A stretch of DNA of 64,000 nucleotides from Haliotis cracherodii (taxonomy: Eukaryota), in assembly GCF_022045235.1 (NCBI RefSeq), contig NW_027266268.1, positions 9,424,001 to 9,488,000 on the forward strand, given 5' to 3'. The position numbers were made by a program, and so were the translations under genes. Each line of letters opens with the position of its first letter. Position 1 is the stretch's first letter. The notes beneath the pieces are model-generated. The model did not search any database. It saw only the letters and a list, made by a program, of their open reading frames with translations, and had not been told where the DNA came from. Shown here in pieces: positions 21,886 through 36,685 of the stretch.

Positions 21886-24410
21886 AACTCCAATATTGAC
21901 ACACTTAAACACCCCCAAACCATTAAACTTTGTTAAAACATCGGTGCCGAAAACACTTAAACAATACCCAAAGACTGTACCTTTGAATGTAAAGGTATGG
22001 AGTGAGTGATTCAGCCAGTTTGCAGAGATCAGTGGGATATGAGTTGTATATTCCTGCAAGATGGACTCCAGACTGCTCGTGTTTCAATCAATAGCTAGAT
22101 TACAACACCATCCTGTTCCTCTATGTGTCATACAAATAACCATAGCTGTATTAGTTCACTCTCGCCAAAATATGGACAGAAGGGAGATGTGGATGTTCCT
22201 GACCACTTCCTGTATCAGGTCACTTCCTGTTGCAGATCAACTCCTGTTGCAGGTCACTTTCTGTATCAGATCACTTCCTGTTGCAGGCCACGTCCTGTTT
22301 GAGGTCAATACCTGTTACAGGTCACTTCCTGTGTTAGGTCAATTCCTATTACAGGTCACTCCTAGTTTCATGTCACTTCCTGGTGAAGGTATCTTATTGT
22401 TCCCCGTCATATCTCCATGTGCCCTGCCCACCTCATGTTCTCACCATTTGACCCAGACTACAGCAAATGTCTACTATAATGACACTGAGGGTAAGTCTCA
22501 TACATGTTATACTTCATCCAAAAAGAACTGATCTCGGACTCGCATTAAATAGTCCCATCGTGATAACTGACACCTTCGGACCTGTATCTAGTCGACTGCT
22601 GCAGATTCCAAGGACGTCGTTGTTGCAGAAGAATCCACGACAGCTGTCTCAGCAAACAACCACATGTTCCAGAATCTCCTGATAGGCAGCGTCACATACA
22701 GTGTGTGAAATAGTTTCCTATGAGCCAAATAGCAAGCTTGTCCAAATTGTTGCTATCGCATCAGAGCAGCCACAAACCCTTAACCATCAACTACTGACTT
22801 CACTTATTCATACTGCAGGGTGCCCAGACGCCACCGGCTTATTTGAAGCATACTTAACATTTATACATTAGACAAAATGCTTAGTCAAGACATGCCCCCT
22901 GCTTTCCCAAAAGCTTTGTAGGTATGAGGTGAAGGCTTATGCTGCTGGCAACAGGCAGAGGAAGAAGCTAGCAGGTCTTCAGGAAGCTATTCACACACTG
23001 GTTGCATGATGACTGTGTAACAGGGCAATCATCTGTGAGATCACAGTGCTAACCTTCTTGTGTGTAAGGGGGGCACCACATCATAGCATTACCCATGTGC
23101 AGTGTATATTTTAAAAGTTACCAGCCCTTCTGTTGCAGTTGAATCTTGAAAATGTTCTGCAGACATGTTCGTGCCCTTGTTGTCATGGTGATCTCTGCTG
23201 ATATTGTCTGGGGATATATAGAGAACTAGTTTCACTGTGGAGGAATGACTCTGAGGATGCTCTGTGTGAAAGTATGAAAGTAATATGACCCTCTGTGTTG
23301 TCTTGAGTGTAGCTGTGGGCCACTTGTTCACCCCATGATGACTAAATAAAGGAATTTTCACCAAATTAACAGAAACATTTCAGGGGCATTAATGTTGAAA
23401 ATTGTTCTGCCATTGTTTTTGTTTGGTATCAGAATCTGTATGTATCCTGGGGGGAAATGCATTTTGGGTCTTTGTGCTGTGTATTTGCTGTTGCAAGAAA
23501 GCAAAGAATAGTATTTATTTGTCTTCAGAAGGTGAAGTATCTGATGGAAGACAGGAATTAGTGTGACCAAGATTTAGATTTGAAATGGATCGTGAAGATG
23601 AGCCATTTCTTGCTTCAATATTCAGCTATGACTGCTGCAATTCCTGATAACATTTGGAAGCAAGGTTAAGGAGCAAAGGCGTTTACATTTTCGAAGACAT
23701 TAACTTCTCACAAAGTGTGTGCTAACTGTATTCAGATAAGTAAAAGGGTCTAATTAGATGTTGATGTGCCTTCGGGATAAGTCAGACCGAGTTGAATGTA
23801 TTTTGAGAATTTCTATTCCAGTTTGGCTGCATTTAAACTAGAGATCTATATGTTTTGCATGGTAACCAGTGGACAATCGTATGAATTTATTAATGTCTGT
23901 GCATTAGATGATTTGCTGAATTATTGTTTAAAGGGAATACTAAGGACACCTATTTTGTATTGATTTATAACTGTATGTCCTGGCTCGTGGCTTGACTGGA
24001 GCTATGTGGAAGATGAGGATGACTGGAGAATGATGAGTTTGATGTTTTTGTGCCAGTGGATAGTAGTTAGACCTCACCTTTCTATGTGTACATACCTCAC
24101 AGTGTTGGTGAAAGGTGTTAAATATCCCTGTAGGTGATATATTATGTATGATTGTACATGGTATGTTATGTATATCGTGTGATTGTAAATGGTTAAGTGT
24201 GTATATTGAAACAATTGTACAGTGTTGTGAGAAGTATTCAGATCCTATTTTCATGTATTTAAAACGCTACACGTGATGAGAATTCTTAGTATGTGTTTCA
24301 ATCCTGACTCTGATGTGGCGTCAAAAGCCAGAACAATACACAGGAAGATGCATTCAAATACTTGTTATATGTTTTTTGAAAGAATAAATGCATTAAAGAC
24401 TGTTTGAGTT
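21886..24410 (+). other. SEC16 3'UTR with candidate poly(A) signals
   Basis: AATAAA 23345-23350; AATAAA 24383-24388 followed by ATTAAA 24392-24397; the stretch is free of SINEs. Confidence 0.6.
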
Positions 24411-24625
24411 GCAGACCACTTGATAATCTAGTGAGTAATATCTCCATTCTATTTGGATAAATACCCTGGTGCCATTCGCCACCATACTTTTGTTTTGAGT
24501 CCAGATTGGAAATTTGCCACTCTAATAATAGCCGCCCAATCAAATTACACTCATGAGCGAGAGAAAACGTGTGTTAAGCTACTGATAAGACAGGGTAGAT
24601 TGTGACGTCAGTTTCAAAACCATGA

Positions 24626-24898
24626 GGGGGCAGGGTGGCCCAGTCGTCTAAGGCTCCGCGATTCACTGTTCAGAGTTGCGTCCGTGGGCAAGCCAGAAAC
24701 CTATGATTGTGGGTTCAAATCCGGTTCGCCCCGATTATGTTTCTAGGTTTGTCAGCACCATACCAGTGCTCGTGGGTTTCACCGAATGGGTAAACGTGTG
24801 AGCCCCACATCACTTCGGGCTTTCCTCCCATATTAAGCTGACACGCCGTGATATAACTGGAATACTGTTGAAAGCCGCGTCAAACCCAACTCACTCAC
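24626..24898 (+). mobile_element. SINE family B copy
   Basis: 12-bp TSD tcaaaaccatga at 24614-24625 and 24899-24910. Confidence 0.88.
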
Positions 24899-26779
24899 TC
24901 AAAACCATGAACCGTTATATTGTCTCTGCTTAAACAAGGCTGTAGGTGATGGTTCCAATGTTTGTATCCTGATTGAATGGATATGTGATTCACTGGATAA
25001 TCAATGATGCATACAGGAAAAACAACAGTGAGCAATACACATGAGATGATGTAAGCATTGGATGTTAATAGAAGACGGAGCATCTAGATCGAGTGGTGAC
25101 AGGAAGAGATGGACGAGAGATGAGGATCGGTGTGTCTGTGACATGTTCTGCTGTCCTAGACTAACGTCAGAACGCGACTCTTAATGTTCAGGAGCATGTT
25201 CATGATGTGATCAAAACTTCACGATGTTGGGCCAGTACACATGCACCTGGATTGATCACGTGTGCACATACACGTGATCATGACTTGAGTCGAAATGTTC
25301 CCGTACTACTGAAAGAAGTTAGGGCCATCCTATTCTTTCATATTAATTGCATGAAAGATTAACTGTAGTAATATGGAAGAATCTGTTGGTCCATAACATT
25401 TTTTTAGTAGTATATTTCAACTGTTTAAATCGTAATGTCGTTGGTTACGTTTTCGCAATATGTTAGTCATTGATTCCTGATATCGACCCATGGTGACTGA
25501 TTGAGTAAATGCATGCTATGCTAGACTAGCGCCCGAATGAGTAAGGAGTGCGTGGAGAGTGAGTGTACATAAGGTGAGGAAGATACTTCCGTGGTGTATA
25601 TATTGTATATTGACTGCTGGATCGAGTAGTAGATTTTGTATGTTGACACCTGGATCGAGCATTGGAGTATGTGATAATGCATCTATATTTATTAGTGTAG
25701 GAGGACTTGTTGAAATATGTATCACGCCTATTTATTCCATTTGTATATCTTTGTCAGATTCTACCATTTGTTACTTTATTCTTAGTTTCTGTGTGGGTAG
25801 TAGCCGTGGACACATCTGTGAGGAGTTTGTTGTAGCACAGATTTAACTGATTCTTGGTGCAATTGTGTTTTCGAAAGTTTTATCAATCTTATTTCATTAA
25901 ATGAACTATCCAACCAATACATACTCAACCACTTTTCATTATGATGGAATGACTCTTGTCTTTATTTGGGGATGTGGGGTAGCAGAGCGGTTTATGTGTT
26001 TGTCCGTCACGCTGGAGTAATGGGTTTGATTCCCGTACACGCTTGTAGTCTTCACCTCCTTGATTTCTGACACCAATGTCAAAAACACCAAACACAGCAC
26101 AGCACGATGCAACACAAGGTGTGTTGCGATCATGTCCTGGAAGACGGGATTCCTGGGCAGAATCAATCCCCGGTAACCCAGCGGTACGGTGATTGGGAGT
26201 TGCAATGTGTGCTCATTAACCACTGGTCAAGTATAGACCAGTGTCAACCAATAAAATGATTCGAAGGATCACCGATAGAGTACGACAGAAAACACAAAAA
26301 GGTGATATGTTAAAACAATGTAAACTACAATTCCACCACACTTGGCCGCACTCAGAAATATTCGAGCTATATGATGGTGGACTGTAAATAATCGAGACTG
26401 GACCAGACAATCAAGTGATTGACATCATGAGCATCGATCCACGCAATTTGAATACGATGACATGCATCAACCAAGTCCGCGAGCCCGACCTTTTACGATA
26501 ATGAAGGCAACTTACTAGTGCACAGGTTCGCAAAAATAACTGATGGTACTAAGAAAAGTGACTACTGACCACTTGGTGAAAGCTGTCTTGAAATGTATAT
26601 TATATAATCTAGTATTGATTGTGAACAGAAAGATGGACAACTGGGAGCTTTCGCTCTCCGGGCGGACGCTTTCCTCAAGGCGGCCCCAACTATGCGAGAG
26701 CCTGGCGCCGAAACACATCACCTTGACATGCACGTGCAACATTGTTAGACAAAAAACCCGTTAGGTTTTCATGTGCTTG

Positions 26780-28095
26780 CCATCACAATCTCACAGCAAG
26801 TGAACAGCGAAAACAACTGACGGAAGACCACCGCCGACTGCAAACAGGAGAATCATCTTCAGCTGTTGCCAGGCATTTCCAAACAGCACCAAGTACCGTT
26901 ACAAGACTGGAACAGTTACAAGGCACACGGGACAACACGTGGCCTTCCCAGACCCTGTGGACCACGTGTCGCTACTAGAGCACAGGACTGGTTCATACTG
27001 TGCGTCGTCACTTTCGTGGAAGAACAACCACGGCCACCTCTACAGCTACGACAATACCAGGATTGCGTAGGATATCAGCCGAGACAGTGAGGAACCGTTT
27101 ACGCGTTGAAAGTACTTGCTCTTGACGACCTGTTCGAGGTGTCATTTTGACGGACCTACATCGTCGGCTGCGACGTCAATGGTGTCAAGGTCATAGCGTA
27201 TGGTGATGGAGACAAGTTTGGTTTTGTGACGAGTCACGTTGTATGCTTCGCCGTGCGGATGGCAGACGTCTTCTTTACGGGCGTCGCGGAGAACGTTATG
27301 CAGAAAACTGCATACAGGAAGTGGACAGATTTGGTAGAACAGACTTGGTGCAAGTTCTGAGGAATAAACGGCACAACGTGACACGGATAAGATTCTTCGG
27401 CCACGCGTCCTTCCCATTAAACAACCAGCGAACGTCATTATTAAAAAAAGACAACGCCCGACTTTACAAAACAAGACTGACAACAGACTTTTTCAAGAAT
27501 CACAACATCCAGGTTCTACCATGTCCTTCCAGGGTTCCAAATTTAAACCCAATCGAACATTTATGAGATGCACTGGATCAACGACTGCAAGCACGACAGC
27601 AACAACTACAGAACGTCCGACAGTTGGCACAAACACTGCAGGCAGAATTTGTTAACATTCCCAAGGCCACAATTCCGGATTTGACTGCTTGCTTGGGACA
27701 ACCATGCCAGTCAGGTTTGTACTCCAATGGTGTCCATACAAGATACAATAAACTACGGTTATAACGAACTCGAAAGGACCACTAATTTTAGTCCGTTATG
27801 ACTGTAGTTCGGAATAAGCATATAGACAGCATATATACAGCAAATGGCAGACTAAGGGACAAAACACAGAGTATCCGTCCGTTCGTCATAAGCATGTTCG
27901 TTATAACGTTTACAGTATTGAGGACAGATGACCTTCACCTTGAAAATCTACTGTTCCATGTGTGCCATATTGAGCCTGGGTCAATGGCAATGATGTGTGA
28001 TAATTTTGAACAATCGATTATCATCTCTTGATTATTTATATGATATATAACGAAAACATCTAAAATCACTTTTGCGTTTCTTTTTTTGCAGAGTA
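26780..28095 (+). mobile_element. Decayed Tc1/mariner (DD34E-type) transposon
   Basis: Frameshifted peptides SSSAVARHF..STVTRL, ISAETVRNRL, DESR, DNAR, PNLNPIEHL; right TIR-like tttgcgtttctttttttgcagag|ta at 28071-28095. Confidence 0.88.
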
Positions 28096-28337
28096 TATAA
28101 TACTTCACCAACGGCGAGTGCATGTGTGACTTTCAAGAGAACTGTTGAAATTAGTTGAATAAACACAATTCCACTAAACTATGAGAACTATTGAATCTTA
28201 ATGAAAACTGAATAGAAAGGAGGACGCCGAAATGAAGTTGTTCCTGCAACAGAACGGGAAGGCAAGCAGGATTTTATGAGTGCTTCTCTGTACACCAGGT
28301 GGTTGAGGTCTGCATTGCCAGATTGAAGTATCCAATT

Positions 28338-28615
28338 GTTTTGTTTGTTTGTTTGTTGTTTAACGCCGCACTCAGCAATATTCCAGCTATATGACGGCGG
28401 TCTGTAAATAATCGAGTCTGGACCAGACAATCCAGTGATTGAGTGATTGACATCATGCGCATCGATCCACGCAATTGGGATGCGATGACATGCATCAACC
28501 AAGGCACCGAGCCTGACCACCCGATCCCGTTAGTCGCCTCTTACAACAAGCATAGTCGCCTTTTACGGCAAGCATGGGTTGCTTAAGATCTATTCTACCC
28601 AAGATCTTCAGGGTC
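28338..28615 (-). mobile_element. SINE-like family C copy
   Basis: Full-length reverse-complement match to 19435-19690. Confidence 0.85.
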
Positions 28616-28704
28616 GTGTCAGGTTTGTACTTATACCTTTTTGATTCATTTCAAATTTCATTATCCCGTACATGTCCTTACATTTTAAGTTCCGGTAAAT
28701 GACG

Positions 28705-30935
28705 GTGAGTCTGGTGCAGTCAGGGGAGGTTGAGTGTCATGTGAAATGTGTACATCAGTCTGGTGCAGTCAGAGGGTGAGTGTCATGTGAAGTGTGTACA
28801 TCAGTCTGGTGCAGTCAGAGGGTGAGTGTCATGTGAAGTGTGTACATCAGTCTGGTGCAGTCAGAGGGTAGTGTCATGTGAAGTGTGTACATCAGTCTGG
28901 TGCAGTCAGAGGGTGAGTGTCTTGTGAAGTGTGTACATCAGTCTGGTGCAGTGAGAGGGTAAAGTCATGTGAAGTGTGTACATCAGTCTGGTGCAGTGAG
29001 AGGGTAGTGTCATGTGAAGTGTGTACATCAGTCTGGTGCAGTGAGAGGGAGAATGTCATGTGAAGTGTGTACATCAGTCTGGTGCAGTGAGAGGGTAGTG
29101 TCATGTGAAGTGTGTACATCAGTCTGGTGCAGTCAGGGGTGAGTGTCATGTGAAGTGTGTACATCAGTCTGGTGCAGTCAGAGGGTGAGTGTCATGTGAA
29201 GTGTGTACATCAGTCTGGTGCAGTTAGAGGGGTAGTGTCATGTGAAGTGTGTACATCAGTCTGGTGCAGTCAGAGGATGATTGTCATGTGAAGTGTGTAC
29301 ATCAGTCTGGTGCAGTCAGAGGGTGAGTGTCATGTGAAGTGTGTACATCAGTCTGGTGCAGTCGGAGGGTAGTGTCATGTGAGGTGTGTACATCAGTCTG
29401 GTGTGGACAGAGGGTGAGTGTCATGTGAAGTGTGTACATCAGTCTGGTGCAGTTAGAGGGTGAGTGTCATGTGAAGTGTGTACATCAGTCCGGTGCAGTC
29501 GGAGGGTAGTGTCCTGTGAAGTGTGTACATCAGTCTGGTGTGGACAGAGGGTGAGTGTCATGTGAAGTGTGTACATCAGTCTGGTACAGTCAGAGGGTGA
29601 GTGTCATGTGAAGTGTGTACATCAGTCTGGTTTCATTTAGAGGGTGAGTGTCATGTGAAGTGTGTACATCAGTCTGGTGCAGTCTGGGGAGGGTGAGTGT
29701 CATGTGAAGTGTGTACATCAGTCTGGTGTGGACAGAGGGTGAGTGTCATGTGAAGTGTGTACATCAGTCTGGTGTAGTCAGAGGATGATTGTCATGTGAA
29801 GTGTGTACATCAGTCTGGTGCAGTCAGAGGGTGAGTGTCATGTGAAGTGTGTACATCAGTCTGGTGCAGTTAGAGGGTGAGTGTCATGTGAAGTGTGTAC
29901 ATCAGTCTGGTTTCATTTAGAGGGTGAGTGTCATGTGAAATGTGTACATCAGTCTGGTACAGTCAGAGGGTGAGTGTCATGTGAAGTGTGTACATCAGTC
30001 TGGTGCAGTTAGAGGGTGAGTGTCATGTGAAGTGTGTACATCAGTCTGGTTTCATTTAGAGGGTGAGTGTCATGTGAAGTGTGTACATCAGTCTGGTGCA
30101 GTCTGGGGAGGGTGAGTGTCATGTGAAGTGTGTACATCAGTCTGGTGCAGTTAGAGGGGTAGTGTCATGTGAAGTGTGTACATCAGTCTGGTGCAGTCTG
30201 GGGAGGGTGAGTGTCATGTGAAGTGTGTACATCAGTCTGGTGCAGTCAGAGGATAGTGTCATGTGAAGTGTGTACATCAGTCTGGTGCAGTCAGAGGGTG
30301 AGTGTCATGTGAAGTGTGTACATCAGTCTGGTGCAGTCAGAGGGTGAGTGTCATGTGAAGTGTGTACATCAGTCTGGTGCAGTCAGAGGATAGTGTCATG
30401 TGAAGTGTGTACATCAGTCTGGTGCAGTCAGAGGGTGAGTGTCATGTGAAGTGTGTACATCAGTCTGGTGCAGTCAGAGGGTGAGTGTCATGTGAAGTGT
30501 GTACATCAGTCTGGTGCAGTCAGAGGGTGAGTGTCATGTGAAGTGTGTACATCAGTCTGGTGCAGTCAGAGGGTGAGTGTCATGTGAAGTGTGTACATCA
30601 GTCTGGTGCAGTCAGAGGATAGTGTCATGTGAAGTGTGTACATCAGTCTGGTGCAGACAGAGGGTGAGTGTCATGTGAAGTGTGTACATCAGTCTGGTGC
30701 AGTGAGAGGGTGAGTGTCATGTGAAGTGTGTACATCAGTCTGGTGCAGTCAGAGGGTGAGTGTCATGTGAAGTGTGTACATCAGTCTGGTGCAGTCAGAG
30801 GGTGAGTGTCATGTGAAGTGTGTACATCAGTCTGGTGTGGACAGAGGGTGAGTGTCATGTGAAGTGTGTACATCAGTCTGGTGTGGACAGAGGGTGAGTG
30901 TCATGTGAAGTGTGTACATCAGTCTGGTGCAGTCG
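28705..30935 (+). repeat. 45/46-bp satellite, about 48 copies
   Basis: gtgagtgtcatgtgaagtgtgtacatcagtctggtgcagtcagagg. Confidence 0.96.
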
Positions 30936-31489
30936 GGGACTGCAGTAGGGGTGTGGCCTATGTGCGCTAATCACGGGTTTTGTCAGTTAACTACAAGCAT
31001 ATTGAAGAAATTATTTCAAAGGCTTTTGGTGTTGAAGTCGAGAATAATGACATGGATGAAGAAATGTAAACTGACTGGCATTCAACTGCCGCTACTTTGA
31101 TGTACAGCATATCTGACACACATTTGTTCTGCAAATCTAAATATCCCTTGGAAGATGTTAAGATGAATCAAGAAAGCTAAATAGTTTTGACATTTGAAAG
31201 GCTAATGCGTCATCGTCTACAAAAAACGGTGGACCTACTGGTGAAACAAGGTTTCCCATTCCACATGTCGGCGTATATGTTACTGTTGTGTAGACGTCGG
31301 ACGTGTTGCTGAAGTCTGACGTTGATGCCGGCGTCCTGTCTCTGCACATGTCTGGAATCGCTATGTAATTTGGCCGTAAATTGTGATTAGCGGGTCAGAC
31401 ATCACTACAGCTGTACGGAGAGAAGAGAGATGAAACAGAAAGCCGCAACAGACATCTGATCAAGCAGTGTTTGGAGTTGTTAATGTAGA

Positions 31490-31769
31490 GTGAGTGAGTG
31501 AGTTGGGTTTAACGCCGTTTTTAACAGCATTCCAGTTATATCACGGCGTGACAGCTTAGTGTTGGAGGAAAGCCCGAAGTGACGCAGGTCTCAGACGTTT
31601 ACCACTTCGGTGAAACCCACGAGCACGACTGTGGTGCTGACAAACCTAGAAACATAATCAGGGCGAACCGGGATTCGAACCCACAATCAAAGGTTTCTGG
31701 CGTGCCCAAGGAACGCAACTCTGCACAGCGAATCGCGGCGCCTTAGACGACTGGGCCATCCGTGCCCCC
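31490..31769 (-). mobile_element. SINE family B copy
   Basis: Reverse-complement full-length match; TSD tgtt(a/c)atgtaga. Confidence 0.88.
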
Positions 31770-32964
31770 TGTTCATGTAGAAATGTAGCCTCTTGGAGTT
31801 ATTGTTCATGAACATAGATTGTTGAGGATATCTTTACACAACAAAGAACAAATGCTCTCTGAAGATTGTTAGATACCGATCATTTGATGTGAGCGCGTGC
31901 GCGTGCGTGTTTGTGCATGACGTGTGTGTGTACGTGTGCTTGCGTGCCTGTATACCTGCGTGCGTGAAGCGTGAAAAAATATTTATGCATCAGACTGTTT
32001 AAATAGAGAGAAAAATACATTGTTGTAAAATGTTGTTTAGTAAAATATATTCAGGATAATAGTTTATATTTTTAACAAAATATCTGGTTTTGCAGCTGTA
32101 GCCGAAAAAATATCCAGACTGAAAAAAAACACTCCCTCCTCATCAAATGAACCTTAGATTATAAAACATTCAGCTCTGAAATTAATCATTGTCGTGGGCT
32201 CCATTTTGGATTTACTTTATATTTTGTGGGCAAATATATTTTAAAATGATATTGCTTTATTTCTTGGACTAAGCGTTTTTCTTCCCCGGGTCTCAGTCCC
32301 CTTAACACTCACAGATAACGGGTAGAGTCACCCCGTACCCCACCCCACCCCCACCCCACCCCCACCCCATCCCCACCACGGCGATACCCCCACACCTCCA
32401 CAGGGACCGGTAACGTCTCATGGTACCCTCCTCTTGAGGAGCCCCCAGATACAGGTAGAGTCTTGGTGAACGCATACCTCCAACCCCCCACCCCCCACCC
32501 CCCACCCCCCTCCCTTCCTGCAGATGGTATTCATACAGGCAGGTAATTAACATTGCTGTTTTTTCTGCGTTCTCCTCGCTGACTGATTGACATTATCACA
32601 TCAGTGTAGGTCCCTCTCGCTGAGATGGAAATGCCCTGCGGTTTTATTATGAAACTGTTCCGATGAAAGAATGCTGTGATGAACATGGCAACTCAGTCCG
32701 CGCGTCAGGGGTAATACTAAAACTTGGGATGTTTTGAAACGGTGATAAATTTCGTCACAGTAAACCCTTACCGTGAGCTTGTCGATGCTCTGTTGGTAAT
32801 GTGTTCGAGGATTAAACATGTTTATTTGATAATGTGACGTTCTCGTTTCGTTATCTCATGGAAATGGGGAATGTGGTGGAAAAAGAGCATTGCATCCTTG
32901 AGTTTTCACAACGATGTCAGCGTACTCTGTTATATTTGTGTGTGCGTCGGTGTGTGCGTTTTTG

Positions 32965-34390
32965 CCACTAGTTAAGAACATTCAGACACATCTTGCAATA
33001 CCAAGGTGGTAGGATGTTTGTCATTTGTCAACCAGTTTAAAACATTCAGACAATTCGAGCAATACCTTGGTGGTAGGATGTTTGTGATTTGTCCATCAGT
33101 TTAGAACATTCAGACACTTCGTGCAATACCTGGGTGGTAGGATGTTTGTGATTTGTCCACCTGTTTAGAACATTCAGACACTTTGTGCAATAAAAGGGTG
33201 GTAGGATGTTTGTGATTTGTCCATCAGTTTAAAACATTCAGACACGTCGTGCAATACCTGGGTGGTAGGATGTTTGTGATTTGTCCATCAGTTTAGAACA
33301 TTCAGACACTTTGTGCAATAAAAGGGTGGTAGGATGTTTGTGATTTGTCCATCTGTTTAGAACATTCAGACACTTTGTGCAATAAAAGGGTGGTAGGATG
33401 TTTGTGATTTGTCCATCAGTTTAGAACATTCAGACACTTTGTGCAATAAAAGGGTGGTAGGATGTTTGTGATTTGTCCATCAGTTTAGAACATTCAGACA
33501 CTTTGTGCAATACAAGGGTGGTAGGATGTTTGTGATTTGTCCATCAGTTTAGAACATTCAGACACTTTGTGCAATAAAAGGGTGGAAGGATGTTTGTGAT
33601 TTGTCCATCAGTTTAGAACATTCAGACACTTTGTGCAATAAAAGGGTGGTAGGATGTTTGTGATTTGTCCATCAGTTTAGAACATTCAGACACTTTGTGC
33701 AATAAAAGGGTGGAAGGATGTTTGTGATTTGTCCATCAGTTTAGAACATTCAGACACTTTGTGCAATAAAAGGGTGGTAGGATGTTTGTGATTTGTCCAT
33801 CAGTTTAGAACATTCAGACACTTTGTGCAATAAAAGGGTGGTAGGATGTTTGTGATTTGTCCATCAGTTTAGAACATTCAGACACTTTGTGCAATAAAAG
33901 GGTGGTAAGATGTTTGTGATTTGTCCACCTGTTTAGAACATTCAGACACTTTGTGCAATAAAAGGGTGGAAGGATGTTTGTGATTTGTCCATCAGTTAAG
34001 AACATTCAGACACTTTGTGCAATAAAAGGGTGGTAGGATGTTTGTGATTTGTCCATCAGTTTAGAACATTCAGACACTTTGTGAAATAAAAGGGTGGTAG
34101 GATGTTTGTGATTTGTCCATCAGTTTAAAACATTCAGACACTTCGTGCCATACCTGGGTGGTAGGATGTTTGTGATTTGTCCATCAGTTAAGAACATTCA
34201 GACACTTCGTGCAATACCTGGGTGGTAGGATGTTTGTGATTTGTCCATCAGTTAAGAACATTCAGACACTTCGTGCAATACCTGGGTGGTAGGATGTTTG
34301 TGATTTGTCCATCAGTTAAGAACATTCAGACACTTCGTGCCATACCTGGGTGGTAGTATGTTTGTGATTTGTCCACCTATTCAGACACTG
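32965..34390 (+). repeat. 64-bp satellite, about 22 copies
   Basis: gtttagaacattcagacactttgtgcaataaaagggtggtaggatgtttgtgatttgtccatca. Confidence 0.96.
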
Positions 34391-35784
34391 ATCATACGAA
34401 GTGTGCCATGTCAGGTGGTAGGTTCCTCGGGGGCCCATGGGGATCACTAGCTTCTTGGTTGTACATATGCTGTCAGTAGTCTCACTAACAACGTGATCCG
34501 ACGTGGCATGACGTGATATGACGTGGATAGGCTGCTCGAACCACATACTTTCTCTCTTTTTTTCCCGTATCCCGATGTCACTTTCTGCGGTATGTTTAAT
34601 TGAAACAATGTTTTGTATTGTCATAAGTTGTCCAGGCGCCAAAAGGCCAAGAACCCGACTTGCCTTATAGAATCAGTTTACATCTTCTGCCGCCCCGGTA
34701 GATCTGAGTAATATGGTTGTGAAGTCCCCATGTTGAACATCAGTGTGATGTGAGTCTCACGAAGTGGGTCTCCCAGCTGGATTCACGGCTCCTTGACTGC
34801 AATCCCATCATGTACCGCCACCTGCTGTAATCAGCCAATTAGCAGCCAGAATCACCCAACCACGTTTCGCAGTGCCACCTGGCGACATCTACTTGAACTA
34901 TAAACTCTTTCATTTCCGGTACCCCGCCCTACAAAGCGTTTACACAGGTAGACGTTATCACCCGACGTCCCCTCCGTACAGGAACATCCACAGGAGTACC
35001 CAGCCATTACCCTAGCATTGATGGATCCGATTATAGCTTATGAGGTTAATCAAAGGAGGTCACGTGGTTCTCATTAATTTTCAAACCTTCTTGCCCTGTC
35101 GGAGTCCCCATCCGCCCACATCTATAATGGAGCAGATAACGTACCCAGCGGAATTGTTCAAATGATGGTTCAAGCATGAAACCTTACATAAATATTCCTC
35201 TGTGCGTGTTTTAAGCAAAAAGGTTGACCTTCTTAAATTCAAGATGGCTGCCAAATTTCAAGATGACAGCTTATTTTCACAATGATTGTCTATTTGTTGA
35301 CATATAAACTGGTACAACTGGTGTCATTCCTGTGTTGGTTTCAATGTTCATTACCATACAGAAATGTGTTTATTAATTTGAGACATCACAGCTAGTCCTT
35401 TTTTAGATGCTCAATTTAATACAATTTGGTCGCTCAACTTACGTAAGATGTTTTCGAAGCATCTATTTACAGTTATCAAACTTGGAATTTCAATTTGAAC
35501 ATAATAAACTGAGCCCCAAAAAGCTTTACCACTTTAAAAATGAAATTGCAAAAATTGAAAGACACAAGTTCAAACTAAATCAATATAAAACACATCGTCC
35601 AAACACAACAATGCTCTTTGCAGAAAGTGATATATATCCACGGCACGTTTTATTGTAGAAAATGCGAAAAAGTGAAAAACACATGCCGCTTGGGCAACAG
35701 TGCAATATACGTACAATAAGGGTATATAAATGATACGGACGGCATGTCATATACTTACACTGATAAAAAAACCACAACACAGAA

Positions 35785-36685
35785 ATGCCACGACTGACAC
35801 CCAAACAACACGAGCGGGCCCTGGGTATGGTACAGATGGGAGCCACCCATGCCCACATTGCCTGTACTTTTGGTTTCTCCCGTGTTGCTGTAACTAACCT
35901 GATGTAACGTTACAGACAGACCGGGCAGACATCAGACAGGCCAGGACCGGGCAGCTCGGGGTAACTACGCCCAATGAAGACCGGTACTTGCGTGCTTTGC
36001 ATCTCCGGAATCGATTCCTGACAGTGACGTCATTAGTGACAAATGCCTTAGGGCATATAGTTTGTCGACTTGTTACAGAGGACAGTTATTGACAGCGCCA
36101 TATCGTCGTCAGAGATTCAGATGAGCTCGGACTGTACGTCGTTGGCAGAAACGTGACTGCCAAAGGGTCGTCTTGAAAGATAAAAGCCTGTTCTGTCTTT
36201 TCAGAAATAATGGAAGGCAGTGTGTTTTTGCCTTAGGGGAGAACGAAAGATGTCATGCAGCATTCAGGAGATCTAGCCGTAAGGTGGAGTGGGTGTAATG
36301 GTGTGGAGGGGAATTTGTGGGCACGAGAGAACACCACTTGTCTACGTTAACGGAAATTTGACATCTCAGGGTTGCATGGATGACATTCTTCGTCCGATTG
36401 CCCAACCATTTCAACAATAGGTGCCACGTGGTGTCCTTTATCACCATGGCAACGCCAGACCTCATGCAAGGCGAACGTGTTGCCGTGGCCTGCATGCTCT
36501 CCAGACATGTCCCCCATAGAACACCTTGGGGTGTCATGGATCGTAGTGTTCCAAGTCGACCACCTCATCCAGCCAACTGATCCGATCCAGGCCCTCCAAG
36601 AAGAATGGCAACGACACCAGATGACTGACTTTCTGTGCGCCGAAGTGTTTTGCGTGTAGCAGGGGTTGGTCATACACGCTATTAA
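35785..36685 (+). pseudogene. Decayed Tc1 transposase
   Basis: MPRLTPKQHERALGMVQMGATHAHIA..., GVMVW.G-like block, LPWPACSPDMSPIEHL, GHTRY*; stops and frameshifts. Confidence 0.88.

Noticed and set aside
25516-25725. Minus-strand ORF with LDPxVNIQ duplication and a hydrophobic tail
   Set aside because: In-frame stop just upstream, no convincing acceptor or ATG, and no recognisable homology
28705-34390. CRISPR-like regular repeats (also 48885-51230 and other arrays)
   Set aside because: Head-to-tail units with no unique spacers, no cas genes and a eukaryotic intron-exon context
26780-36685. Active or domesticated Tc1 transposases
   Set aside because: Multiple stops, frameshifts and deletions, and no matching pair of intact TIRs
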